DNA from: Nitrospinaceae bacterium
Lineage (GTDB): Bacteria; Nitrospinota_A; UBA7883; JAJDBK01
DNA: 64,000 bases
Direction of reading: 5' to 3'
NCBI GenBank assembly: GCA_029261405.1
Contig: JAJDBK010000057.1
Coordinates: forward strand, 1,906-65,905
Shown here in pieces: positions 38,694 through 48,667 of this stretch. The notes below the pieces were generated by a model. The model saw nothing but the letters and a program-made list of their open reading frames with translations. It was not told where the DNA came from and did no database searches. Within the stretch, counting starts at the first letter, position 1, and every line of letters begins with the position of its first letter. Made by a program: the position numbers and the translations under genes.

Positions 38694-39452
38694 TCAGCCA
38701 ATCTTGTCAGGTAACTTAACCTTGACACTCTCTATCAGCTTGAATAACTTTTCCCTGTTCCCGGGAGCCACTTCATTAAACTGGAAGCCGGCCATTACAA
38801 AATCCTTCGATTTCAGATTATCCCTGTCCCTCTCTACACGAACAAGCTCCCCATCGAGGCGAATTTCGTACTGGTCTACCTCGATTACAATGTCAACGGT
38901 ATCATAAACGTTGACGCTCTCACCTTTTCCGAAATGAGGCGTTTTGACCATGCAACCCCCGATGGAAACGTCCACCAGCGAAGCTGACCGGGGTTCCCCG
39001 GCGCCTTCAAAAAAAAGTTGAACCGGATACCTGCTCGAAGCCTTGAAACGCTCCAGCAACCTGCGTTCGCAAGAAAGGAATATCTTCCTCACCTTCTGTA
39101 TAAGCGTTGCGGCGGAGAACGGTTTTATCAGAAAATCGGATACTCCAGCCTGGGCCGCCGTAATAAGAGCGTCCTTGTCGTTCCGGCTCGACATCATCAT
39201 GAATGGTATGTCGGCTGTTTTCGGGTTGTTGCGGATTTTTAGCAGGAATTCGTCTCCGGTCATGCCCGGCATCTCCCAATCGCTTATTATCCAGTCAACC
39301 CTTTCCCCCTTCTCGATCATTCTCCACGCCTCGTCGGCGGTCTTTGTTTCGATCACTTCTCCGCAGTTAAGCTGGTCTACCAGAATCTTCTTCGCTATTT
39401 TCCTTGGTGTGGGGTGATCGTCAGCGATCAGCACAACCGTATGTCGCAACAT
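38694..39452 (-). CDS. Receiver-PilZ protein (paralog 1)
   Basis: LIADDH, IISDWEMPGM, KPF; PilZ RRLLER and DVSIGG. Confidence 0.9.
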   Translation of the reverse strand: MLRHTVVLIADDHPTPRKIAKKILVDQLNCGEVIETKTADEAWRMIEKGERVDWIISDWEMPGMTGDEFLLKIRNNPKTADIPFMMMSSRNDKDALITAAQAGVSDFLIKPFSAATLIQKVRKIFLSCERRLLERFKASSRYPVQLFFEGAGEPRSASLVDVSIGGCMVKTPHFGKGESVNVYDTVDIVIEVDQYEIRLDGELVRVERDRDNLKSKDFVMAGFQFNEVAPGNREKLFKLIESVKVKLPDKIG

Positions 39453-39599
39453 TCAGTACAACCATTATTTTGAACATTCAATATCCCCCCTCATTATATA
39501 TTTTTATCGGGCTGGCTGGCAAACTTCAGAGTCAATCCATTTGAAGGCTGTAGGGTTGTGATGTACCATATCGGCTTTTGACAAAGTTTTAGGAACATC

Positions 39600-40946
39600 A
39601 TGGTTTTTGATCGAAAAAGTGGCGCTACCGCATGGCTCGGAATTGCGGTGGTCTCTGTGGCTTTCATGGGCGTCTACGCCTTCTTTGTGGCCTTGGCCCG
39701 CACACCAGTGATCGGCGCAATGTTCGGCGACCCCGATTTTTTCCGTACCGCCCTCGTAACCCATGTGGTGTTGGCGGTGGTTATCTGGTTTCTGGCGTTT
39801 ATCCTCTTTACCATGCATTACATTACCGCCTCAGTTCCCACCGGCAAGGGGGAGTTTCGGGCGGTGGACGGGGCGGCTATCGGAGTTGCCCTGATAGTTG
39901 CGACACCATTCACAGGCCCTGCGCATCCGATATTAAATAACTATGTTCCGGTACTCGACCGGTGGCTTTACCTGCTGGGAGTGGCGATATTTTTCATCGC
40001 TGTGGCTGTGGCGTTTTTGCTCAGGGCAAGAGCCACCCTCGACTCAGGCGCAAACGGTAATGGCCCGGCGTTGATTACCAGAGGTTCCCTGCTTACTGCC
40101 GGACTTGCCCTGATTTCGGCTATTCTCTGTTTTGTTATCTCCTGGTACGGACTTTCGACAGGTCCTGTTATGGAAGAGTCACAAAGGCGGTTTTATTTCG
40201 AGGTTCTCTTCTGGGGAGGCGGGCACACACTTCAGTTCGCTAATGGTCTGGGGCTTATGGCTGTCTGGTCGATCCTTGCAAGTAAACTTACCAGCGAGAA
40301 CATTCTGGACGACAAGGTGACAAAAGGTCTGCTGGCCGTAATCGCCCTCTTCATAATATCGGCGCCCCTCCAATATTTTATTTACGATCACGATTCGGTA
40401 GAGTTAAGGTCGTTATTTACTTCACTTAAAGGATGGGGACTCTCATTCGGGCCGATCATTCTCGGAGCTGCAATTTTCGTGAAGCGAAAGAACCTGAGCG
40501 AAAACCCGGTGGCGAGCCGGGGTCTTTTTCTTTCGATGTTCCTGTTCGCTCTGGGTGGGGCAATCGCCCTTACTCTAAGCGGTAGCGATACCAGAGTGCC
40601 TGCCCACTACCATGGGGTCATAGGTGGTGTGACCCTCTGTTTCATGACCCTTGCACAGCTTGCGGTAACAGAAAACGGCTGGCTTACCGTATCGGAAAAA
40701 TGGAAAAAAATTCAGATCACCCTCTACGGAATGGGCCAATCCCTCTTCGTTATCGGACTTTACATCGGTGGAACCCGTGGAGCGCAAAGGAAGACATTCG
40801 GCACGTCCCAGCAACTCGACGACGCCATGAAATATTTCGGTATGAGTGTCATGGGGATCGGTGGATTGATGGCGGTGACAAGTGGTGTGTTTTTTGTCAT
40901 TTTCATGCTCAAATCGTTTAACGCCGGAAGAAAAAAGGCGTTATGA
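39600..40946 (+). CDS. Divergent heme-copper oxidase subunit I-like membrane protein
   Basis: About 12 TM; LVTHVVL, LFWGGGHTLQF, PAHYHG, G..G.QR; no HH pair. Confidence 0.75.
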   Translation: MVFDRKSGATAWLGIAVVSVAFMGVYAFFVALARTPVIGAMFGDPDFFRTALVTHVVLAVVIWFLAFILFTMHYITASVPTGKGEFRAVDGAAIGVALIVATPFTGPAHPILNNYVPVLDRWLYLLGVAIFFIAVAVAFLLRARATLDSGANGNGPALITRGSLLTAGLALISAILCFVISWYGLSTGPVMEESQRRFYFEVLFWGGGHTLQFANGLGLMAVWSILASKLTSENILDDKVTKGLLAVIALFIISAPLQYFIYDHDSVELRSLFTSLKGWGLSFGPIILGAAIFVKRKNLSENPVASRGLFLSMFLFALGGAIALTLSGSDTRVPAHYHGVIGGVTLCFMTLAQLAVTENGWLTVSEKWKKIQITLYGMGQSLFVIGLYIGGTRGAQRKTFGTSQQLDDAMKYFGMSVMGIGGLMAVTSGVFFVIFMLKSFNAGRKKAL

Positions 40947-41257
40947 AAGGTTGGCCTCTTGTCGTAGCGATAGTTCTGGTCACCCCCACAGCAGGATTAA
41001 CGATGGAATCTTACCAGACGTGTATAAAATGCCACGATGAACCGGGTGAAGGCGGATCGCAGTTCGCCCCAGATCTCTCGGAAACGAAATACAGCCTTGA
41101 ACAGTTCACGAAACAGGTCATGAATGGTTCAAAGTGGGCGGGTAAACCTGTCAGAAAATGGAAATACCGTAAAAGAGAGATGCCGGGTGTTGTCGGTCTT
41201 GACGAAAAAGAGGTGCGACTCCTTTACGATTACATTTTATCGAAAAAACCGGACTGA
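40943..41257 (+). CDS. Monoheme cytochrome c
   Basis: Signal peptide, CIKCH, APDL, MPG. Confidence 0.88.
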   Translation: MKGWPLVVAIVLVTPTAGLTMESYQTCIKCHDEPGEGGSQFAPDLSETKYSLEQFTKQVMNGSKWAGKPVRKWKYRKREMPGVVGLDEKEVRLLYDYILSKKPD

Positions 41258-41365
41258 AAAATCTCTTTTTCCCCTTTTCGTAATTTGGCTGTATCCTATT
41301 AACAAGTATGAAAATTGTGGCGTTTTTGCGCCACGGGTTGTTACTTTTACGAAGGAGATTTTGTT

Positions 41366-41698
41366 ATGAGGAAATTGATGGTGGCTATCTTGTTTGCGGT
41401 GATCGCCGTTGCGTTTACCGCTCCTCCTCTCTTTGCGGGAGACGCTCCGGCCATATATAAAAAATGCAAGATGTGCCACGGCGACGCGGGAAGCGGAAAA
41501 GGTAAATCCGGCCCTGATCTAGCCAAGAGTAGCTGGACCCTGGAACAGTGGACGCAAATTGTGGAACTCGGTAGAAAAGGGTACGCCGACGGTCCCGCAC
41601 AGATGGCCGAATACGAGAACAAGAAGATGATGAAACAGAAGGAGGTCACAGCCGACGACGTAAAAGCCATCTTCGATTATGTGCACTCCGTTAAGTAG
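41366..41698 (+). CDS. Monoheme cytochrome c
   Basis: AAGGAG RBS, signal peptide, CKMCHG, GPDL, KMM. Confidence 0.9.
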   Translation: MRKLMVAILFAVIAVAFTAPPLFAGDAPAIYKKCKMCHGDAGSGKGKSGPDLAKSSWTLEQWTQIVELGRKGYADGPAQMAEYENKKMMKQKEVTADDVKAIFDYVHSVK

Positions 41699-41711
41699 AC
41701 ACATTTTCAGG

Positions 41712-41747
41712 AAAAACCGCTGGTTGTGAAATCTGGCGGTTTTTTTT
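41712..41747 (+). terminator. Rho-independent terminator
   Basis: aaaaaccgctgg...ctggcggtttttttt hairpin followed by a T-run. Confidence 0.75.
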
Positions 41748-41756
41748 CTGACATAA

Positions 41757-42575
41757 ATGAATATCAAGTTAAAACAGCGAGCCTTTCTGGTTGTCGCCCC
41801 GGCGCTTATGGTGTTGGCGGCGTTGTTGATCTTTCCCGAAGCTCTATTTTCACCAGGTGAGATCAACCGTAAACATAAGGAGATAAAAAACTGTTTCACC
41901 TGCCATATCCCCTTTGTCAAGCCGGATAGCGGGACGTGCGGAACTGGTGGATGTCACACCCCTGAAAAGTGGAAAGAGAAAAAAGCGGCGTCGCGGAGCC
42001 ATATAACAGATGAGGCTTGCACAAAATGCCATACCGAACATCAAGGCGCCAGAAGATTGATCACCGTGGTCCCCGCCCACACAACGGATATTGATATAAA
42101 GAGTGATTGCACAAAATGCCATGTCATCGGCAAAAGCCATCTGCCGGTAAAAAAAGAGGCGTGTGAGTTATGCCATTCACTCGACGCATGGAGACCGGTA
42201 CCCAAATTCGATCACAAGGCGCTGAAGGGGAAAGGCAAATGCGCCGACTGCCATAAACCATCGAAGTTTCATTTTACGACCAAAAAAGAGTGTGAGACCT
42301 GCCACACCTCAAAGAGATGGTCACCTTCCTCCATGCGCCACCGGTTCCCTGTGCAACACAGATCGCGCAAGGGGAAGCGGAAATGCGATACATGCCACCC
42401 GGTTTCGCTTGCGGCGTATGACTGCTATACAGGTTGTCACAAACACAAGCCGAAAAAGGTTAAGCGAAAACATGTCAAACACAAGATCAAGGATTTCGCC
42501 GACTGTGTAAAATGCCACCCCACCGGCAGAGAGAAGGAAGGAAAGTACCGTAAGAAAAGACGGAAAAAGAGATGA
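41757..42575 (+). CDS. Multiheme cytochrome c (8 CxxCH plus CX4CH and CX3CH)
   Basis: N-terminal TM; CFTCH, CGTGGCH, CTKCH x2, CELCH, CADCH, CETCH, CDTCH, CYTGCH, CVKCH; basic C-terminus. Confidence 0.92.
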   Translation: MNIKLKQRAFLVVAPALMVLAALLIFPEALFSPGEINRKHKEIKNCFTCHIPFVKPDSGTCGTGGCHTPEKWKEKKAASRSHITDEACTKCHTEHQGARRLITVVPAHTTDIDIKSDCTKCHVIGKSHLPVKKEACELCHSLDAWRPVPKFDHKALKGKGKCADCHKPSKFHFTTKKECETCHTSKRWSPSSMRHRFPVQHRSRKGKRKCDTCHPVSLAAYDCYTGCHKHKPKKVKRKHVKHKIKDFADCVKCHPTGREKEGKYRKKRRKKR

Positions 42576-43168
42576 TTACCGTCACAAAAGTCTTTGGAAA
42601 GTTGTCGCTGTTATTCGTCATTGTCGTCCTGACTGTTGTAATAACAATCGTTACGGAGCTTCTCATCGACAACCTGACACTTCAGGCCAGAGAGTTTCGT
42701 CACCTGATGAAACACTCCATGGGCAATATCGGAGTTTTATTCATCCTTGTTTCGATAGCGGGATATTCCCTTAAAAAACGGTTCGGTATTGGTCGTTTCA
42801 GGATCAACGAATGGCTCGATATCCACCAATGGCTAGCCGTGACCGGGGTGGTTCTGGCGGGTATCCATTCCGGCGCTCATTTCAACGCGCTACTTCCCCG
42901 ATTGACATCGATAGCCACTATCGTATGTCTCGTAAGCGGATTTGTCGGTCGGCATATATACATCAACACCAAAAAGGAGATCGCAACAAGGAGGGTCACG
43001 ATGGTGGAGGATGGATTATCCGAAGCGGTGATCGCCGAAAAACTTACATACGCCGCAGTGACCGCCGACGCCTTGTCCAACTGGCGCTACATACACAGAA
43101 TATTCTCGGTCACCTTCGCAACCCTGGTGGTGGCCCATGCTGTAACCGCCCTGCTCTTCGGAGGATAA
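42572..43168 (+). CDS. Cytochrome b / ferric-reductase-like membrane protein
   Basis: Four TM His residues: WLDIH, GIHSG, WRYIH, VAHAV; overlaps the multiheme gene (ATGA). Confidence 0.75.
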   Translation: MITVTKVFGKLSLLFVIVVLTVVITIVTELLIDNLTLQAREFRHLMKHSMGNIGVLFILVSIAGYSLKKRFGIGRFRINEWLDIHQWLAVTGVVLAGIHSGAHFNALLPRLTSIATIVCLVSGFVGRHIYINTKKEIATRRVTMVEDGLSEAVIAEKLTYAAVTADALSNWRYIHRIFSVTFATLVVAHAVTALLFGG

Positions 43169-43188
43169 GCCAGGCGCGATACCAGGAA

Positions 43189-44889
43189 CTAAAAGTCGTC
43201 GAAATCATCATCCATAGGGATTATCGAATCGACATCTTTTGACTTTTGTCTTGAAGCCGGGATAACGACCGGGGTGGATCTTCGTATCGTCTCACGGGGC
43301 GGAGAAATCGTGCGAACCGATGAACCTGCGCCGGGAGGTTGACCTCCGGCCGTGCCTACCCTTGACGCGGCTCCATCCACAAGCCTGTAGAGGTCACTGA
43401 CCACAGCCTTGAGCGCTTCGGCCTGCGCGGAAAGCTCTTCAGACGATGCGGCCGACTCTTCAGCTGTGGCGGCGTTTTGCTGTGTAACCTTGTCCATTCG
43501 GGAAACGGAACCACTGGCCTGATCCACCCCCTGAGCCTGAAGTTGCGACGACTTATTGATATTGTTGACAATATCAGCGATGGCGCCAACCTTGCCTAAA
43601 ATCTCATTTAACACCTTGCCAGACTGATCCGCCATTTCACCCCCTGTGGCCGCCTTATTTACGGCGTTATCGATCAGGACAGCAGTGTCTTTCGCCGCAT
43701 TCGACGAGCGTTGAGCCAGGTTACGAACCTCCTCGGCGACAACGGCAAACCCTTTGCCATGTTCTCCGGCCCGGGCCGCCTCCACAGCGGCGTTTAACGC
43801 CAGCAGGTTCGTCTGGAACGCTATAGCCTCAATAACCTTGATAATATTGGAGATCTCCTTTGAAGAGTGGTTGATCTCATGCATCGCCTCAATCATGCCC
43901 TCAACGACACGGCTCCCCCCTTCGGCGGACCTGAGTGTGTCGCTGACCAACGTATTGGCTTTATTAGCGTTGTTGGCGTTATCTCTCGACTGGGAGGCTA
44001 TTTCCGTGAGAGTCGCGGTTGTCTCCTCAAGGGAAGAAGCCTGTTCCATCGCGCCTTTGGCCATTGACTGGGATGATGAGGATATTTCGCTGGCGGCTAT
44101 CCCCAACTGTACGCCCCCTTCATCCAGACGTTTGATAATCCCGGAGATAGGGAGTGTAATACCTCTGACCACAACAACCGCCACCGACACCAATGCCGCA
44201 AGAATCAGAACTGTAACGTACAAGGCGGTGGTTTTCGAGTTCTCGGCTTCCGCAAGGGTATTTTGGGAGACCGTCGATATCCCCAAAGCCTTCTCTTGCG
44301 CGTCGCTGGCGGTTTCGACGAAGGAGTTGAGCTTCCGCTGAAACTCTGAAAGACCGGTTGTGACAAACTTGAGTTCAACCGCCGCCTTGTCCGCCCCCTC
44401 CTTTACAGTCCGTACAATGGGCAGGGCTTCCCGTTTGACACTCTCCAGTATGTCATCTACCTCAAAGAGCAGGGTGTCGAGGTCCATATCCTCCTCTTCA
44501 CTCAGTTCGGCAAACTTTGTCACAATCTCCTCGAATGTAATTTCGAGTATCTTCATATCCTGGGCGGTCGATTTCATGGCCGGAGCGAGTTTCTCCTCCG
44601 TAGAAGTCGAAAGGGCTATCGCTTCGTTGGACGCTTCCGAGGTATTGTTCGCCACCCGCTCCATCAGCTTTTTCACCTGACCGGAACTTGTGTCGATATC
44701 GGAAACACCGTCCGATAATCTTGTCAGCGAAACATACAGAATGGCGGCCAGAGCTATGTTGGCGAGGATCGAAAATCCGAAACCGATTATAAGCAGTTTT
44801 TTTACGCCAAGACGGCTTATAAACGAACTGTCACCCCCGGCGCCCGCCGATGCGTTTACGCTCATCGGACTATTTAACAGATTGCTCAA
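43189..44889 (-). CDS. Methyl-accepting chemotaxis protein
   Basis: Two TM; [34 protein letters not shown]; C-terminal pentapeptide DFDDF. Start may be 44865. Confidence 0.96.
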   Translation of the reverse strand: MSNLLNSPMSVNASAGAGGDSSFISRLGVKKLLIIGFGFSILANIALAAILYVSLTRLSDGVSDIDTSSGQVKKLMERVANNTSEASNEAIALSTSTEEKLAPAMKSTAQDMKILEITFEEIVTKFAELSEEEDMDLDTLLFEVDDILESVKREALPIVRTVKEGADKAAVELKFVTTGLSEFQRKLNSFVETASDAQEKALGISTVSQNTLAEAENSKTTALYVTVLILAALVSVAVVVVRGITLPISGIIKRLDEGGVQLGIAASEISSSSQSMAKGAMEQASSLEETTATLTEIASQSRDNANNANKANTLVSDTLRSAEGGSRVVEGMIEAMHEINHSSKEISNIIKVIEAIAFQTNLLALNAAVEAARAGEHGKGFAVVAEEVRNLAQRSSNAAKDTAVLIDNAVNKAATGGEMADQSGKVLNEILGKVGAIADIVNNINKSSQLQAQGVDQASGSVSRMDKVTQQNAATAEESAASSEELSAQAEALKAVVSDLYRLVDGAASRVGTAGGQPPGAGSSVRTISPPRETIRRSTPVVIPASRQKSKDVDSIIPMDDDFDDF

Positions 44890-45763
44890 ACATCTTGACG
44901 GCGGTGTTCATCTCGCTGAGCAGAGGAAGATTCAATTTCGCGGCGCTTTCTATGTCAGCGGTCGGGATCGTAGCCGATGAAGACGCCACTACCTTGTCCA
45001 GCAGTGGTTTGTACGATTGCCACAGACTGCCAACCGTCCCGAGCTGGTTTCGTATATCGGCGTCCCGGGTTCCTGGCAACTCCAGGTCGGGGTCTCCATC
45101 CAAAAGACCTTTAAGGGTTCTGTCAAACAACGACGCTGTCTTCTTGAGGTTAAGCCTGTTTTTATCCCCATCGATAGCCAACGCCACAAGCAGTAGCTCC
45201 TTGGTCATTTTCTGGGTCAGCATTCTCTGTTTACCTGCAAGGTTGATAACTACCGCCATACCCGGTTTCATGGTGGAGCCGCCAGTGACTTTCGCCGCGT
45301 TTTCAAACATCTTCACACATCGGTTCATGTTTTTGAGTAGTGGCAGGTTTTCCGCCGCAATCTTTCCCAGGATCTCAGGGGATGTATCCCCTCCGAGTAC
45401 CGCCTCTATATATCTACGGAACCCGGTCCAGAGGGTTTTAACTTTTTTGAGTTGTTTGACTATTTTCGGTTTCCCCGACGCCACGAGTCCGAGGTCCGCG
45501 TCTCCTGCGATAAGACCTTTCAACGTTTTGTCAAAGAGGGTGGCGGTTTTGAATAGACTCTCCTTGTTCCCCTCAACATTGATCCCTTTGGCGATAAGGA
45601 AAGACTCTTTACTCATCTTCTGGGTCAACATCCGCTGTTTACCGGAGAGGTTGAGTATGACAGCGAATTCCTGATCGGTAACCGACCAGGCGTTCCGCCC
45701 TAAAGCCGGTATCAACAACATTGTAAATAGAGTTGTAAGAATTGTCAGTTTGACCGGTTTCAT
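44870..45763 (-). CDS. Secreted protein with two tandem PilJ/NarX-type sensor domains
   Basis: Signal peptide; internal repeat [15 protein letters not shown] / [25 protein letters not shown] / [20 protein letters not shown] twice. Confidence 0.85.
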   Translation of the reverse strand: MKPVKLTILTTLFTMLLIPALGRNAWSVTDQEFAVILNLSGKQRMLTQKMSKESFLIAKGINVEGNKESLFKTATLFDKTLKGLIAGDADLGLVASGKPKIVKQLKKVKTLWTGFRRYIEAVLGGDTSPEILGKIAAENLPLLKNMNRCVKMFENAAKVTGGSTMKPGMAVVINLAGKQRMLTQKMTKELLLVALAIDGDKNRLNLKKTASLFDRTLKGLLDGDPDLELPGTRDADIRNQLGTVGSLWQSYKPLLDKVVASSSATIPTADIESAAKLNLPLLSEMNTAVKMFEQSVK

Positions 45764-46085
45764 GGGAACCTCTCCTTTTATGGTGTCAGGGGTTTAGCCC
45801 GGATATTTCGTGAAGGTTCTATTACAGGTGGCTCGGCCACAGCCATAAACTTGCCACTGCGCCACTTCATTACAAACTTTCATGAAATATCGAACCGATG
45901 TAATTATGACACAAAATCGTTGTATATACATTCAGCCTGGCTGGATTATGATGACTTTAACCCCGTTGGGGTTAGATAATACGTTTAATCGATAGATAAC
46001 CGGCGGAGCGCAGGAATCAACGCCCCGCTGGTTATCTTTTTACCGAGTCAATCAATCCGTAATATAAGTGACTCGATATATATCA

Positions 46086-46241
46086 TTAACGGTGGTGAGG
46101 TGGAGGAGGAACCCTGTTGGCCGCAGGTGGAGCCGGCTTCCCGCCGTGTCCCCCATGCCCATGATGCAAAAAAAGGCAAGATGAAGTCATCGCAAAAACA
46201 GAGGCAAGCGATATGGCTAACGCCATTTTTATAATACCCAT
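46086..46241 (-). CDS. Small His/Gly/Pro-rich lipoprotein (51 aa)
   Basis: Manual translation after AAGGAG RBS: MGIIKMALAISLASVFAMTSSCLFLHHGHGGHGGKPAPPAANRVPPPPHHR*. Confidence 0.7.
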   Translation of the reverse strand: MGIIKMALAISLASVFAMTSSCLFLHHGHGGHGGKPAPPAANRVPPPPHHR

Positions 46242-46433
46242 AACATTCTCCTTATTTTTCTTTTACCAGGCCTTTATTTCAAACGCCCTGTTGAGCGTTG
46301 ACACCGTTTTCCGCCGATGTTAGTTTACCCCGGTACGGAACAAGAGATTCTGGAAATAGACGTATTTTTTCAGTACTGTAAGTTGAATTGCTCAATTTCA
46401 TCTAACACATTATCAGGAAACCTCCATATATCC

Positions 46434-47042
46434 ATGGCAAGCGATAACGTTGTATGGCATCACGCCACAGTCACAAGAACCCGTCGAGGTGATTTGAACG
46501 GACACAAGAGTGTAATTTTATGGTTCACCGGGCTTTCCGGAGCGGGCAAGTCTACCGTGGCGCACGCCCTCGAAGAGCGGCTTTATAACTCGAAACGAAG
46601 GACATTCGTCCTGGATGGCGACAACGTTCGTCATGGCCTGAATTCGGACCTCGGTTTTTCCAATCAGGACCGGGAGGAAAATATAAGACGTATAGGCGAG
46701 GTGTCGAAGCTTTTTCTTGAAGCCGGGGTAATCGTTCTTACCGCATTCATCTCACCTTTCAGATCGGACCGGAAGAAGGTTCGTGGCCTTGCGCCCCACG
46801 GTGATTTCATCGAAATTTACTGCAAATGCCCCCTCGAAATATGCGAGGAGAGGGATGTCAAGGGACTATACAAAAAGGCCAGGGAGGGAAAGATACCTGA
46901 GTTTACCGGGATATCATCCCCGTACGAAGAGCCAACCAACCCGGAGCTTACGCTGGACACGAGTAAACTTTCAGTGGAAGAGTCGGTTCAGACGGTTATC
47001 CAACTCCTGATTGAACGCTCCATCCTTCCGGACGCGCCCTGA
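46434..47042 (+). CDS. cysC: Adenylyl-sulfate kinase
   Basis: [47 protein letters not shown]. Confidence 0.97.
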   Translation: MASDNVVWHHATVTRTRRGDLNGHKSVILWFTGLSGAGKSTVAHALEERLYNSKRRTFVLDGDNVRHGLNSDLGFSNQDREENIRRIGEVSKLFLEAGVIVLTAFISPFRSDRKKVRGLAPHGDFIEIYCKCPLEICEERDVKGLYKKAREGKIPEFTGISSPYEEPTNPELTLDTSKLSVEESVQTVIQLLIERSILPDAP

Positions 47043-48480
47043 AAAGACCGCCCGAAACCTGGCTCAAGAGGCGGATACGGTGCGCATAATAATAGTTGAC
47101 GATATGGGGCCGATGCGCAAGACCGTCAAAAGGGCGCTGGGCTTCCTTGGTTTCACCGATACTGTCGAGGCAAAAAACGGGAAGGATGGATACGACCTGC
47201 TGATCGCCAACCATGGTGTTCCCGGCAAGGATATAGGACTTGGCGTCATAGACTGGAACATGGTTCCAACTTCAGGGCTTGACCTGCTCAACATGGTGCG
47301 AAGCGATCCAAGGCTCGACGGTTTTGTCTTCATCATGCTTACAGCAGAGCAGGATCGTGACAACATTGTGCTTGCCATCCAGGGTGGAGTTGACGACTAC
47401 ATCATTAAACCGTTCACGCCGGAGACGTTAAAGACAAAGCTTGAAAACGTACTGAAACTGAAATTGTCGAGGGTAAAAAAGGAGATTGACGCTTATTTCA
47501 GGGACCTCGAATCGAGTTGGTCCGATCCGGGTGTCGTGGAGTTTAGAAATTTCGACAGCCGTGTGGAGGCTCTTGAAGGACTGGCGCCCTGGAGTCACAT
47601 GGGTCCTCTGTTTCGCGCCAGGGTAAATATTCGTTTTGAGCGGTTTAATGAAGCGGAAAAACATCTGAAAAAAGTTATCGCCACAAATTTCGGGATAGCC
47701 GACGCACACCAGCTGTTATCAAAGGTTTTCAAGGAGAAGGGGAAAACTGAAGAGTCACTCAAGGAGCTTGAGATCGCCGTTGTGGAACGCCCGGGACACC
47801 ACCCTTTCAAACAACAACTTGGGGAAAGTTATATGTTGCGGGGCAGATACAACGACGCCGTACGCCTCTTTTCGGAGGCCCTTGCGCTGATGCCAGCAGG
47901 TGTCTCCAACGATGAGACCTACCCTGACCTAATATCGACCCTCTACAACATCATGACCGCCTCCAACAAGACTGGCAGGCAAGAAGAGGCCAATCGGGCG
48001 TTGCGACGGGTGCAATCGCTGGAGCCAAAAGAGGCCACCGGGTGGGTAAATCTGGGAAGGGTTTATCTGGGTCGCCATGAGCTTTCCAAAGCTCTCTTCG
48101 CCTTCGGCAAGGGAGAGGAGATGGCGAAAGACAAGTATGTGTTTCTAAAAGAGATCGCTATAGCTCTTTTCAAGGCCAGGGCGTTCGATTCCGCTCTCGA
48201 AAGTCTCAACAAGGCGAAAAACCTTAAACCGTCCGATCCGTTCCCTTGCAACCTGAGCGGTATGATCGGCGGCAGGATAAATCTTGACGAAAAGGCGATG
48301 GCTGAGTTCAAAGAGGCTTTCCGGCTCGATCCCACCAACGGCAAAATACTTTTCAACCTTGCGGTGGCGTACGGTAACACTGGTCAAAAAGATAAAGGTC
48401 TGGCATGTTTCATCAAAGCCAGGCAACTCGCCCCAGAGCTTACCGAAGGTGATGACTATATAAACAGCGCTGAAATCTAG
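47011..48480 (+). CDS. Response regulator with TPR repeats
   Basis: IIVDD, IDWNMVP, YIIKPF receiver followed by multiple TPRs; exact start uncertain. Confidence 0.88.
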   Translation: MNAPSFRTRPEKTARNLAQEADTVRIIIVDDMGPMRKTVKRALGFLGFTDTVEAKNGKDGYDLLIANHGVPGKDIGLGVIDWNMVPTSGLDLLNMVRSDPRLDGFVFIMLTAEQDRDNIVLAIQGGVDDYIIKPFTPETLKTKLENVLKLKLSRVKKEIDAYFRDLESSWSDPGVVEFRNFDSRVEALEGLAPWSHMGPLFRARVNIRFERFNEAEKHLKKVIATNFGIADAHQLLSKVFKEKGKTEESLKELEIAVVERPGHHPFKQQLGESYMLRGRYNDAVRLFSEALALMPAGVSNDETYPDLISTLYNIMTASNKTGRQEEANRALRRVQSLEPKEATGWVNLGRVYLGRHELSKALFAFGKGEEMAKDKYVFLKEIAIALFKARAFDSALESLNKAKNLKPSDPFPCNLSGMIGGRINLDEKAMAEFKEAFRLDPTNGKILFNLAVAYGNTGQKDKGLACFIKARQLAPELTEGDDYINSAEI

Positions 48481-48583
48481 CCCGGATTATTCATGAGGTT
48501 TTGAGCCGACGATATGTTCTGTTTTTTTATTCTCAATAGATTTAATGCTGAAATCTAGCCCGGATTATTCATGAGGTTTTGAG
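48469..48583 (+). repeat. Perfect 37-bp direct repeat, 2 copies, 41-bp spacer
   Basis: gctgaaatctagcccggattattcatgaggttttgag at 48469-48505 and 48547-48583. Confidence 0.92.
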
Positions 48584-48599
48584 GGTTCACCAGGAAGAT

Positions 48600-48667
48600 C
48601 ATCAGACGCGTGGCATCATCAGACGCGTAGCATCAGCAGATGCGCGGCATCAGCAGATGCGCGGCAA
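48600..48667. repeat. 17-bp tandem repeat x4 overlapping the hypE 3' end
   Basis: catcagacgcgtggcat / catcagacgcgtagcat / cagcagatgcgcggcat / cagcagatgcgcggcaa. Confidence 0.85.

Noticed and set aside
39600-40946. Canonical cbb3/aa3 oxidase or NorB
   Set aside because: Lacks the HH ligand pair, HPxVY and cognate subunits.
48469-48583. Bona fide CRISPR locus
   Set aside because: Only two repeats, the first overlaps a stop codon, and there is no cas gene or clear leader. Kept as a repeat finding only.
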